From a virus (lineage: Duplodnaviria > Caudoviricetes): a stretch of 24,660 bases of DNA. A model generated the notes under the pieces. It was not told the origin of the DNA, ran no database searches, and saw only the letters and a list, made by a program, of their open reading frames with translations. The stretch covers positions 1 through 24,660 of IMG/VR virus record IMGVR_UViG_3300032277_000074. One strand, 5' to 3'. Both the position numbers and the translations under genes were made by a program. Shown in pieces: positions 8,985 through 18,989 of this stretch; within the stretch, counting starts at the first letter, position 1; each line of letters starts with the position of its first letter.

Positions 8985-9776
8985 ATGGCTATTCAAAATG
9001 TAAAGAATTACACAATTGGAAAAGGTAAAGTATATTTTAGGCGTTCTAGTATTGATGCAACAGGTTTAGAAACAAAAGAGGCTGGTTACCTTTTTCTTGG
9101 TAATGCTCCAAGCATAAGTTTTACTGTTGAAGCAGAACAAAAAGGACATAATAGTAGTACAAGTTGTGTTGTAAGTGAAGATGAAAATATTACAGTTAGT
9201 ACTAAATGTAGTGGTACAATAACCATTGATGATATTAAATCCGGTACCCTTGCTTTATTTGGTCAATCAACGGAACCTGTACAAGATAACTTAGCAGCAA
9301 CGCCTATTTCTGGTGAAAATATAGTAGCCTATGAAGGTCAATTAATGAAATTAGGAGAAACTAATAATGTTGGTGCTGTTACTGCTGTTGTTGTAAATGG
9401 TTCTGGTGGTACCCCTACTTATGTAGAAGGTACTGATTACAATGCCGATCTAAATGGTGGTTGGATAGAAATGATTAGTGGTGGTGGTATAACTGATTTA
9501 GATGATTTAGAAGTTGATTATACACCAACTGCACAAACTCGTGAAACAATAGATGTTGGCAGTAGTCCTTCTATAAAAGGAACGTTAATTTTTCAATCTG
9601 ATCCTATTCAGGGTCATAAGCATGATTTTCAATGTGATGTAACACTTAATCCTGATGGTGAATTAGCACTTGTAACAGAAGATTGGCAATCATGCGGTAT
9701 TAAGTTTAACTGCCGTAACACTGGTGATTTCCCTGCATTAATGAAAGTTTGGGCTTCTATTAATAATTGTGCATAA
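8985..9776 (+). CDS. Major tail (tube) protein
   Basis: NYTIGKGKVYF, LGNAP..SF, EGTDY...GWI, L.PDGELAL..EDW motifs as in siphovirus tube proteins; AGAAAGG RBS. Confidence 0.85.
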   Translation: MAIQNVKNYTIGKGKVYFRRSSIDATGLETKEAGYLFLGNAPSISFTVEAEQKGHNSSTSCVVSEDENITVSTKCSGTITIDDIKSGTLALFGQSTEPVQDNLAATPISGENIVAYEGQLMKLGETNNVGAVTAVVVNGSGGTPTYVEGTDYNADLNGGWIEMISGGGITDLDDLEVDYTPTAQTRETIDVGSSPSIKGTLIFQSDPIQGHKHDFQCDVTLNPDGELALVTEDWQSCGIKFNCRNTGDFPALMKVWASINNCA

Positions 9777-9814
9777 TAATAAAAAACGGTTAACGGTTTA
9801 GAAGGAATAAAAAA

Positions 9815-10249
9815 ATGTCAGAAGAAAATAAACAGATAGTACTTAGATCTAGAAAAGCAAGTTATACAGTAGTAGTTAAAGAGCTATATGTAGAAGATTA
9901 TCAAGAAATTGCTAATGAATTTAAATCTATGAAGACTAAAAAAGTAAAAGTAAAAGCTGTTTCTAAAAAAGGTAGCAAAGAACTTGAAGCACAAGTAGAA
10001 CAACTTTCTTGGTCTGAATTAATAGAAAAACATGCTCCTAAATTGTTTGAGGTGGTAGAACCTAACAGACCATTTAATTATGAGTTTGTAAAAATGTTCA
10101 AACCTTCCCAGCTTAAAAAGTTGTTAAATTTAGCTAAGGAGGAAAACAAAGATTTTTTGTTGATTTTGGATTCATTGGAAATTCAAAAAAGTCTAATAAA
10201 CGAGTGGAAACAAAAAATAAAACAATCGTTCCAAGCACCAACAGGATAG
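9815..10249 (+). CDS. Tail assembly chaperone (gpG-like)
   Basis: 144 aa between tube and tape measure genes; AGAAGGA RBS; V.VKEL and EENKDFL motifs. Confidence 0.7.
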   Translation: MSEENKQIVLRSRKASYTVVVKELYVEDYQEIANEFKSMKTKKVKVKAVSKKGSKELEAQVEQLSWSELIEKHAPKLFEVVEPNRPFNYEFVKMFKPSQLKKLLNLAKEENKDFLLILDSLEIQKSLINEWKQKIKQSFQAPTG

Positions 10250-10494
10250 ATAATAAAGAAGTGAAAGTCATATCTTATTACTGCGATAAATTTTTAGATG
10301 CTATTAATGATATTGAGGCGCAATTATTATTAAAAGGTATACAAAAACCCAAGAGCCTAAAATATTCTAAGTTTAAACGTCTTGCTTTGAATTTAGAACA
10401 GCAAATGAAACTACAGATATTAGCAGTGGCTAATGGTGTTGGTTTATTGTTTGCTGAAAAAGAAGAAGTAGATAAATTTAAAGAAAGTTTATAA
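10204..10494 (+). CDS. Tail assembly chaperone extension (gpT-like), probably reached by -1 frameshift
   Basis: In the -1 frame relative to the upstream ORF, open from 10138, with only GTG starts (10204, 10261). Stop overlaps the tape measure ATG (TAATG). Confidence 0.6.
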   Translation: METKNKTIVPSTNRIDNKEVKVISYYCDKFLDAINDIEAQLLLKGIQKPKSLKYSKFKRLALNLEQQMKLQILAVANGVGLLFAEKEEVDKFKESL

Positions 10495-13400
10495 TGTCAA
10501 AATCAAAAGCAAGTATAGTAATTGATATAGAACAAGTTGGTTTAGAAATACTAGACGAAATAGAAAAACGTTTTGAAAGCTTACAAGATGTAGTAGAAAG
10601 CATTAATTTTGATAATGTTTTTGGTGATGTTACAGTACAAGTAGATAGTTTGGGTGGTAAACTTAAACAAACTATGACTAAAACTATTGATAGTATTGCT
10701 AACACTGGTACAGAACGAGCTGTTAATTCTATTGATACTGTACAAAAAGAGGCTTTGAAAGCTGCTGAATTTATAAACGCTTTTGGTTTAAGTGCTGGTT
10801 TACTTTTAGTTTCCTCTGTTAAAACACAAGTTAATAATGTAATAGGTTTTTTAACTTCTTCTGTAGATTTAAAAACGAAACTATCACTTATAAAACCTGA
10901 ATTAGCTAGTATTTTTGAAGTTGCAAAAGTGGGTTTTGGTGAAAGTTTAAATTTTGTTCTAAGTTTAAGAAGTAGTATGTTTGAAGTAACAGAACAAATA
11001 TTTTTAGCTGGTCAAGGTATGGTAGGTCTTTCAACAACGGCTGGTAGTTTTGCAGCTAGTGTAGCTAGTATAGCAGGTTTAACGGCAGGTGTGGTTGGTC
11101 AATTTACTAGCATATTTATTATTAAAGAATTTTTAGCTAGCTCTGTTCAATTAACAAAACGCTTATTGTTTTTAGGTACTTCTGCTACTACTCCAATGGA
11201 AAAAGGAACGCAATTAATTTCAATATTTGAATCTGGTTTAACAAAGGCTAATTTATCAGCAGGTCAACTATTTAAAACCTTCCTTTTCGGTGGGCTTACA
11301 TTATCAGGTGGTGGTATTTTTACAGCAATCCCTTTTATTAACAATGCTGTTACATCATTGATACAAAAATCTACACTATTTAGAAGCAGTTTTGGTGCTT
11401 TGTTTGGTGGGGCTAAAGGTCAATTAACATTTATTTTAGTATCATTAAGAGAAATGTTACAGACTATGTTTCCTGTTTTTCAAGTTGTTCAAAAATCAAT
11501 AACACGAGCTATTTTTGGGGCTAGTTTTATTGGTGTGTTTCTAAGAAAATTTCAAAGTAGGATACCAATTGTTGGTAATTTGTTTTTACCTATGAATAAG
11601 ACTTTGAAAAACATAAAAGGTAGTTTTAATTCTTTTATTTCTATGCCTAAAATAATAAAAGATTCTGGTGTTGCTTTAATAGGTATGAAAACAACATTAG
11701 ATGGTAGTTTTAAAGTTTTAACATCTACTATTGATTCTATTAAAAAGATAAAAACAGTGGATGTTATATCAAATGTTACTAAAGCTATAGATAGTGTTAA
11801 AAAAAGCCTAGCAAATATAAATGAAACTACAGAAAAGAAACTTTTACCAAGTGCAGATAAGATAGTCAAGTCAATAGAAACAGTATCGAATGTTATTAGA
11901 ACTCAATTAACATCTAGTTTTGATAAAATAAAAAATATTCCTAAAGAAATGGGAGAAGGTTTTAGTGCATTTGGTAAAGAAGTATCTCAAATAAAAGGAT
12001 TTTTTGCTTCTATTCAAAATTTAAAGTCTGGTTCAAACATAGCGGACATGAAAAAGAATTTTGAAGGTTTAATAAAAGCTTTTACAGAGTTAAACAAAAG
12101 GTTACCAAGTGGTGCAAAGGTTGATTTATCACCATTTGTAAAAGCTATGGATAATCTAGGTAAGCTTTCAAAAGATGCTGTTATAAAAGCAGGTGAAGAC
12201 GTTCAAAAAGCATTAAAAACGGGTAATATAGCTAGTGCTGGCGATGCTTTAATAAGAGAGTTTAATAAAAGTTTTCGTCAAGGTTTTGGTAGTGCTGAAT
12301 TTATTCGTTCATTAGATGCTTTTGCAGCGTTAATTATGTCTTTTGTTCCTCAATCACCAGCTAAAAGAGGCCCTTTGAAAGGTTTAACAAAATCAGGTAC
12401 AGAAATTGTTAGACAATTAAGCAAGGGTATATTTGAAGCAAAAGGTTTGAGTGAAAAAGCAGCAGGTGATTTAGCCAAACAGATAGCAGCATTCTTTCCT
12501 CAGTCACCAGCTAAAAAAGGAGTATTGCGCAATTTACCAAATATGGGTAAGCAAATAGTAGTACAACTAAGTAGTGGTATTAAATCTGGTTTTGGTGGTA
12601 TGGTTGAAACAATAAAGAGTTTGGTAAATGTTATAACAACACCTATTCAGAATATTTTAGAATTTAGTGATTTAAGCTTTGCAACTGGAATAGATGCAAA
12701 CACACTTTTACAATTAGATACTGCTGCAAGGTCAGTAGGTGCTTCTGTAACAGATATAACTACAACTTTTGAACGTTTTCAAAGAATAATGGATAGTGAT
12801 AATAATATAAAATTTGCTAGTGAATTAGATAAAATAGGAATAAGTTTAGCACAAGTTCAAAATTCAGCAAACCCTACTTTAACTATGATTATAAAACTAG
12901 CTGATGCTTCAAAAAACTTAGGAATTAGAAATGAAGAACTTAGAGGTATATTTCAAAAATTAGGAATAACAGTACAATCTAAAATTTTGAAACTATTTGC
13001 TAAAGGTGGGGATGAAATAGAACGCCTAATGGCACTGGCTATAGATTTAGGTTTAACAATAAATGAAGAAACATTAAAAACGGCTAAAGCTGTAGACGAA
13101 TTGTTCCAAGTTTTTAAGCGTATAAAAGTATTTATTTTTCAAGAGTTTTTTACACCTATCTTACCAAAAGCAAAAGAAATACTCGATGGTTTGTTAAATA
13201 AAGCCAAGCAAAATTCTGTTCAACATAAAGCAATTCTATTAAATTTGGGAGAAGCACTAGTTGCAGCTATAGAAGTTGGTATAGATGGTGTTAAGTTTCT
13301 ACTGGACGATTCAAAGGAAGGTGCTAAAAAAACTAAAGATTTAGTAACAGCTTTGACTACTTTTGCTGAAAAAACAATAGTTTTAATTAGAAAAATTTTC

Positions 13401-14801
13401 ACTAAGGAAGTAAGAGATTCTTTAAAGCAAATGGCACTATTAGTTATAAATTTTGCTGTTTCAATGGGAAGTGAACTTAGTGATAGATTAGGTGTGTATG
13501 TTGACAGTGTGCTAGTAATACAAGTAAACAGGTTTTTAATATTAATTTTAGAAATTTGGGAAACATTTATAATAGATGTTATTGGCTCAATCCCTGGAAT
13601 TTCTAGGTTTTTAACCCCAATACGGTCTGGTTTTATAAAAGCAAAAGCTTTTTTAGCAAACGGTATTGTAGAACTTTCAAAACAAGCACAAGAAAGTTTA
13701 GATATTGGAAATTTTGTAGAAACATCTTTTGGTAAAGCAGTAACAGCAACAGATGAATTTATAGAAAAAGCTGCTAAACTAGGTGAACAATTAAACGCTA
13801 GTACTGATTTAGAAGAATTTTCTTCTACCTTTGATGAATTAATACAAGGTATGGGAGATACTATAAAAGGTAGTCAATTAGAACAATCTATAGAAAAATT
13901 AAAAGAAATAATTTCTCAAGAAAATTTTGCTAGAATAAAAGAAGAAATAAAAAGTACTACAGAGCAATTAAAAAATGATTTAACAGGTGTAATACCTGTA
14001 GCGGGACAGATAGCAGAAGCTTTAACTTTAAAGACAGATGAAAAAGAACAAAAGGACAGAATAGAAAAGTTAAAAGCTCTCAAAGAAATGAAAGATATAG
14101 TAACAGATTCACAAGATGTTTTTAGTGAGTTTGGTAAAATAGCTAATAATGTTTTTGATATAATTGGTAAAGAGTCAAAAGCGGCTGCTATTGTATTAAA
14201 AAGTGTAGCAATTGGTGAAGCTATAATCCAGACCAGTTTAGGTATAATAGCAGCTTTAGCACAAGGGGCAAAGACGGGTAATTTTGCTTTAGCTAATACC
14301 ATGGCAGTATTAATTGGTATAACAGGTGCTACTTCTGTAGCTAAAATAGCTGCTCAAGGTTTTGCTGATGGTGGTCTAATAAAGGGTGGTAGTGGTAATG
14401 CTGATGATGTAAATTTAGGAATTGTTGGAAACAATCGTATTATGGCTATGGGTGGTGAATTTATTCATCCTAAAAACGTTGTTAATCGATATGGTATAAA
14501 TTTTATGGAGTCAGTAAGAACGGGCAAGTTTCCACTTGATAAGGCACGAGAATTTTCAGGTTTACCAAATTTATCTAATATAATACCATCAAGTTTTAAT
14601 TATGCTAATGGTGGTGGTATACCTAATGTTTCAAGTAGTCAAAGTGAAAAACAAGATAGGCAAATTAATTTAACTAATGTAAACGTTGTTGATCCTTCAA
14701 TAGTTAGGCAATTTCTAAATAGCAGCGATGGTAGAAATTCTATAATAAATATTTTAGCAGAAGAAAAAAACGAACTAAAACAAATTGTTTTAAATGATTA
14801 G
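10494..14801 (+). CDS. Tail tape measure protein
   Basis: 1435 aa, helical, with hydrophobic stretches, two PQSPAK.G.L repeats and C-terminal GFADGG...GEF..P..V motif. About 200 nm tail by the usual 0.15 nm/residue rule. Confidence 0.93.
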   Translation: MSKSKASIVIDIEQVGLEILDEIEKRFESLQDVVESINFDNVFGDVTVQVDSLGGKLKQTMTKTIDSIANTGTERAVNSIDTVQKEALKAAEFINAFGLSAGLLLVSSVKTQVNNVIGFLTSSVDLKTKLSLIKPELASIFEVAKVGFGESLNFVLSLRSSMFEVTEQIFLAGQGMVGLSTTAGSFAASVASIAGLTAGVVGQFTSIFIIKEFLASSVQLTKRLLFLGTSATTPMEKGTQLISIFESGLTKANLSAGQLFKTFLFGGLTLSGGGIFTAIPFINNAVTSLIQKSTLFRSSFGALFGGAKGQLTFILVSLREMLQTMFPVFQVVQKSITRAIFGASFIGVFLRKFQSRIPIVGNLFLPMNKTLKNIKGSFNSFISMPKIIKDSGVALIGMKTTLDGSFKVLTSTIDSIKKIKTVDVISNVTKAIDSVKKSLANINETTEKKLLPSADKIVKSIETVSNVIRTQLTSSFDKIKNIPKEMGEGFSAFGKEVSQIKGFFASIQNLKSGSNIADMKKNFEGLIKAFTELNKRLPSGAKVDLSPFVKAMDNLGKLSKDAVIKAGEDVQKALKTGNIASAGDALIREFNKSFRQGFGSAEFIRSLDAFAALIMSFVPQSPAKRGPLKGLTKSGTEIVRQLSKGIFEAKGLSEKAAGDLAKQIAAFFPQSPAKKGVLRNLPNMGKQIVVQLSSGIKSGFGGMVETIKSLVNVITTPIQNILEFSDLSFATGIDANTLLQLDTAARSVGASVTDITTTFERFQRIMDSDNNIKFASELDKIGISLAQVQNSANPTLTMIIKLADASKNLGIRNEELRGIFQKLGITVQSKILKLFAKGGDEIERLMALAIDLGLTINEETLKTAKAVDELFQVFKRIKVFIFQEFFTPILPKAKEILDGLLNKAKQNSVQHKAILLNLGEALVAAIEVGIDGVKFLLDDSKEGAKKTKDLVTALTTFAEKTIVLIRKIFTKEVRDSLKQMALLVINFAVSMGSELSDRLGVYVDSVLVIQVNRFLILILEIWETFIIDVIGSIPGISRFLTPIRSGFIKAKAFLANGIVELSKQAQESLDIGNFVETSFGKAVTATDEFIEKAAKLGEQLNASTDLEEFSSTFDELIQGMGDTIKGSQLEQSIEKLKEIISQENFARIKEEIKSTTEQLKNDLTGVIPVAGQIAEALTLKTDEKEQKDRIEKLKALKEMKDIVTDSQDVFSEFGKIANNVFDIIGKESKAAAIVLKSVAIGEAIIQTSLGIIAALAQGAKTGNFALANTMAVLIGITGATSVAKIAAQGFADGGLIKGGSGNADDVNLGIVGNNRIMAMGGEFIHPKNVVNRYGINFMESVRTGKFPLDKAREFSGLPNLSNIIPSSFNYANGGGIPNVSSSQSEKQDRQINLTNVNVVDPSIVRQFLNSSDGRNSIINILAEEKNELKQIVLND

Positions 14802-14812
14802 GTTTTAAAATT

Positions 14813-16324
14813 ATGGCTTATGAAAATAGCACAATTGATAGGGCAATTAATGATAAAGTATCAGGTGAAGTATTAGATACTGGTGATGCTATAAAGACTG
14901 TTTTTACAATAGATATAGGAAGTGGTAATAAACTAGAGCTAATAAAAACAGTTTTTGATTATACCATTGGTTCTATAACATACCAAGCTACAGTAGATTC
15001 TTCTGGTACCGTTACTGGTACTAACATAAGCAGTGGTTCCATAGACGAACTAGGAGATGGAACTATAACATTTAGCACGGCTTTAGATAATAGTACAGAT
15101 TTAACTTGTGACTATCAAGAAAAAGGCTTATTAAGAAAAATTTTAGAATTTGTTTTAGGTGATACTACTACACAAAATGTAGGTACTGGGACAGGTTCTA
15201 GTCAGACTGTATCAGGAACACTAGCTACAACAGGTTTGTCTGCTGGTCAAAATATGTTAACCTTTTTTGAAGGTGGTTTGCTTCAACGTGTTTTTGATGA
15301 TGGGGCAGGTAATTTTGACCATATTTCTATAACAGCTTCTAGTTTCACACCTTCTACAGGTGTTTATTCTGTAACGCTAACAGCAGATAATACAACAGCT
15401 ATTGAAATTAACACCGTTAAAGGTAAAAATTCAGGTGAAGAAGGGCGCGATTGGTTAGTTGTTTATGAAGATAGAACACAAGATAATTCTGCTAGTCCTA
15501 ATAATGCTTTTTCAACCGGTGATAGTAGAGAAGCAAGAGAAATAGTACTAAGAAATACCGGTAGTTCTGGCACCTCGCCAGTTTATATAGGTATGCGAGA
15601 ATTCTATGATTCTGGTGGTGCTAATTTTGGTTTTAATGCTATTATATATAGAACTTTTTCTTTTAATGATAATAATTGGAATAAAGATAGAAATGAGTCA
15701 GGATGGAATTCTTATAATTCCTCACAAGAAAGATATAGTGAATTAGCTGCACATATGATGATTGATAACTCGATGGAATATTGGTTAATGAGTAATAAAA
15801 ATCGGGTAATGTTTTGTGGTAGATCTAATAGTAACTATATGTTTTGCTATTTAGGTAGAGGTGTTCCATTTTCCTCTAATGATGCTTACCCCCAACCACT
15901 TTTTGCTGGGGTTAGTGGTGGTGTCACGGATAATGCAACAACCATCGGAAATAGTGCGAATTGTTGGAAAGAAAGCGCTGTAGGCAGTTCGGATAGGGTA
16001 ATTTTTGCATTAAGTGAAAGTAATAATTTTATAAGCAATGCAGCTAGTTTAGAATGTTTCCCTGACAGGTCTACAGGTTCTTCTAATCCATCAGGTATTA
16101 GCACACTACGTAACCCTGATTCAGGTGTAGTTTTAAAAGATCAAGTTTTTGCTGTTAATACAACAAGTTTAGAATTTTTATTTAATTTAGAGGGCATATT
16201 TGCACTTTCTACAACAGCGGTTTCAGCAGAAGATACATTAACTTGTTCTGGTGATACTTATATAGTTTTTCCAAATATAAATAGATCAACCTATAGAGAT
16301 TTTGCAGCAGTTTTAGCAGAATAG
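14813..16324 (+). CDS. Tail tip / virion structural protein with N-terminal beta-sandwich domains
   Basis: First gene after the tape measure; Thr/Ser/Gly rich; YW...N..R, Y...YLG, YPQPLF.G, L.G.F....SAED and Y.VFPN..R motifs resembling D3112/YuA-type tail proteins (from memory). Confidence 0.7.
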   Translation: MAYENSTIDRAINDKVSGEVLDTGDAIKTVFTIDIGSGNKLELIKTVFDYTIGSITYQATVDSSGTVTGTNISSGSIDELGDGTITFSTALDNSTDLTCDYQEKGLLRKILEFVLGDTTTQNVGTGTGSSQTVSGTLATTGLSAGQNMLTFFEGGLLQRVFDDGAGNFDHISITASSFTPSTGVYSVTLTADNTTAIEINTVKGKNSGEEGRDWLVVYEDRTQDNSASPNNAFSTGDSREAREIVLRNTGSSGTSPVYIGMREFYDSGGANFGFNAIIYRTFSFNDNNWNKDRNESGWNSYNSSQERYSELAAHMMIDNSMEYWLMSNKNRVMFCGRSNSNYMFCYLGRGVPFSSNDAYPQPLFAGVSGGVTDNATTIGNSANCWKESAVGSSDRVIFALSESNNFISNAASLECFPDRSTGSSNPSGISTLRNPDSGVVLKDQVFAVNTTSLEFLFNLEGIFALSTTAVSAEDTLTCSGDTYIVFPNINRSTYRDFAAVLAE

Positions 16325-16332
16325 GATATAAC

Positions 16333-17298
16333 ATGTCAACTATTTTTGAATATGAATATCATGGTGAAGTAAGTACACACCATGAAATGATGAATAAATT
16401 CCAAACTTTCATGGATTTACAAACTAATTGGAATGTAATAGAATGGTCTGATAATGTTAGTTGGATAGGTGGTGGTACAGGTTTTACTGCTGGTAATGAA
16501 TCATTTTTAATGATAGAAAATATTGGTTTAGGTGCTAATCAAAATAAAGAATGGAGATTTAGACAACGACAAACAGGTTCAGACCCTTTAAGTGAAACAA
16601 TAGAAATGACACACACATTAAAATCTGGTGAAGGTAGCTATTCTAATTCTAATTCTACTCATCCTGTGCAACAAGATAATATTGAAGGTCAGGATACAGA
16701 ACAAGAAAAAATGTCTTGGTTGCCAACTGATATCCCTGAAGTTTATTTTTTTGCAAGTGATTTGTTTGCAGCTTGTTTTGCTAGATTTGATTCAAACTTT
16801 TGTGGTTTATTTTTTATTGGTAGTATAAATCTTTTTAGTCAAACCTTTGATGGTGGTACTATTTGTGGTAATTATCAATTAGATACTAACCTACGCGAAT
16901 GGTATGATTATACAGGGAGTACACTTCGTTTTGCCTGTTGTTTTAATAGGAGTAAAATAGAAGGTCATGAGAGCATGACAACGAATAATGCTTTCTCAAA
17001 TAATTGGCGAACGAACGTGAATTTTGCATATAATGCTTATACAACCAACACTGCTTTTGGTAAATCTAGAATGCTTCTTTATAATAATGGGTTTAGTGGT
17101 ATTCGTGCAATGATACCAATGTTATTTTTTCTAGATGAAGGTTCAGGTGGTGTACCTGTTGGGGAAAGTGAGTGTTTTATATGTAGGTGCGCTGGGACAC
17201 CATTTGGTGAAAGGGTAACAAGAGGGTCAGAAACATATCTAACTTTTTGGGATTGTTACTCATCAGCTAATCATGGCATTGCATTTAGGATAACCTAA
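16333..17298 (+). CDS. Tail tip / virion structural protein
   Basis: 321 aa, AGGA RBS, position within the tail tip cluster; C-terminal G..Y..F...HGIAFR pattern. Confidence 0.65.
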   Translation: MSTIFEYEYHGEVSTHHEMMNKFQTFMDLQTNWNVIEWSDNVSWIGGGTGFTAGNESFLMIENIGLGANQNKEWRFRQRQTGSDPLSETIEMTHTLKSGEGSYSNSNSTHPVQQDNIEGQDTEQEKMSWLPTDIPEVYFFASDLFAACFARFDSNFCGLFFIGSINLFSQTFDGGTICGNYQLDTNLREWYDYTGSTLRFACCFNRSKIEGHESMTTNNAFSNNWRTNVNFAYNAYTTNTAFGKSRMLLYNNGFSGIRAMIPMLFFLDEGSGGVPVGESECFICRCAGTPFGERVTRGSETYLTFWDCYSSANHGIAFRIT

Positions 17299-18365
17299 TG
17301 ACTTCTTTTACATGTCAAAATTTACATGAAATTGCTTATACTAAGTTTATAACAGGTGTTGTTAGACCTAATTATCCTTTTGATGCTACAGAAATAAACA
17401 CTATATCTCAGTGTACAATTTCATCAAGCGGTAATATTAGCATGCCAGCTAATAATTTTAGTTGTCAAAAGTTAAGTTGTTTTCAAGAAAATGGTGTTTT
17501 TAATGTTATATTGTTTTCTCCTACTTCTTATGATGCTGGTTTTATTTTATCTGACATTTTACTTAATTTATTAGTAACAAATATGTTTCCAGATACAACA
17601 GTGACAGTAAATTCTATAGTTTTAAGTGGTACAACAGATTTAACATTAAATTTTCCGGCCACACCTTTTACAATAGCACCTTTAGAATTAAAAACTTATC
17701 CTATCACTATTAATCAGTCAGGTAGCCCGTTTTTAAATGCTTCTATCACATTTAATTTTGACACGGGTTTTAGTCCTTCTCTATCAATAACAGGGTTTAG
17801 AATAGAAAAGTTTTCTTTCTTACCAAATTGGAAAGGTGGGGTTAATTTCAGTTTTTCTAAAAAAACTCGAATAAGTAAAACGGTAACACATGAAGAACAA
17901 AGAGGTTCTATTGAATCTTCTTACATGAGAAAACAAACTTGTAATTTTTGGTTTAATGGTTTTTATGGTAGACTATTGCATAATACAATGCTGAAATATT
18001 ACCAAAAACAGTTTGGAATTCCTGATTATTCTGAACCAATGACCAGCACGAATATTACAACAGGCACCAATACTATAACTGTAAAAGAAGAAATACAAGA
18101 TCATTATATAAATATAATAAATCAAACAAAATATGTAATGTTAATAAAAAAATATAATCAAAAACCAGATCAAGCCGAAGTAAAAGAGCTTATTTCAATA
18201 GTGGGTAAGGTATTAACTTTTACAGATGATATAGTTGGAACATTTGAACCTGCTGCTACTATTATCTATCCTATGTTTGTAGGTATGGTAAGTGATTATC
18301 AAGAAATACAAAACAACGGGGATTTATTAGAATCTAATATTGAATTTAGAGAAACAGAGTATTAA
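17298..18365 (+). CDS. Distal tail-like structural protein with an Ig-like domain (N-terminal part)
   Basis: 355 aa; Ig-like segment (TVNSIVLSG...PFTIAP...TFNF) followed by PNW...T.I.....EEQR motif; TAATG coupling. Confidence 0.65.
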   Translation: MTSFTCQNLHEIAYTKFITGVVRPNYPFDATEINTISQCTISSSGNISMPANNFSCQKLSCFQENGVFNVILFSPTSYDAGFILSDILLNLLVTNMFPDTTVTVNSIVLSGTTDLTLNFPATPFTIAPLELKTYPITINQSGSPFLNASITFNFDTGFSPSLSITGFRIEKFSFLPNWKGGVNFSFSKKTRISKTVTHEEQRGSIESSYMRKQTCNFWFNGFYGRLLHNTMLKYYQKQFGIPDYSEPMTSTNITTGTNTITVKEEIQDHYINIINQTKYVMLIKKYNQKPDQAEVKELISIVGKVLTFTDDIVGTFEPAATIIYPMFVGMVSDYQEIQNNGDLLESNIEFRETEY

Positions 18366-18989
18366 ATGGCAGATAATATAGAAGATCTTGGAACTAGCCC
18401 TATAATTTTTAATGAAAAAGCTAATTTTAAGAAAAAACCTGTTAAAAAGTTTACAAATAAGAGTAAAGTTTTACAATTTACAGGAACAATATTAACACCT
18501 TTAGAAATAGCTGATACTGTACCACTAACCATGGATAAGCAATATCTATGTGAATCGCCAAAATATAAAAGAATTTTGCAATTCTGGTTAGATAGAAAAG
18601 CTATGGTTAATGGTTTTTGGTTTTACTCAGAATATAACACCTTTAGACTTTATGCTCCTATAACATTGGGTTCTAATATTTTACAAATAGAGAAAGACGG
18701 TTTTTCTGGAATCTATGAAGGTTATGAAAGACTATACTTTTTATTATCAAATGGTGATATAATAACTAGGAAAATAAATAGTGTTACAGATAATGCTGGT
18801 GATTATACAGATTTAACTGTTGAAACGAGTTTTGATAGGAATATTGCTTTAGATGAGGTTAGGTTATTTGGAAGGATTTTTTATGGTAGATTCAATGTTG
18901 AAACGATAGATGTTAAAAACTTTTCCCCTTGTGTTAAAGAGTTCAATCTGTCTTTCTATGAACTAACAAAGGAGTACCCTAGTCCATGA
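18366..18989 (+). CDS. Distal tail-like structural protein (C-terminal part, DUF2460/Dit-like)
   Basis: 207 aa; QFWLDRKAMVNGFWF resembles the F..R.G...FW motif; same frame as, and directly abutting, the previous gene. Confidence 0.6.
   Translation: MADNIEDLGTSPIIFNEKANFKKKPVKKFTNKSKVLQFTGTILTPLEIADTVPLTMDKQYLCESPKYKRILQFWLDRKAMVNGFWFYSEYNTFRLYAPITLGSNILQIEKDGFSGIYEGYERLYFLLSNGDIITRKINSVTDNAGDYTDLTVETSFDRNIALDEVRLFGRIFYGRFNVETIDVKNFSPCVKEFNLSFYELTKEYPSP

Noticed and set aside
9784-9799. Near-palindrome AAACGGTTAACGGTTT between tube and chaperone genes
   Set aside because: Short and imperfect, no U tract, no second copy noticed; too weak to call as terminator or operator.
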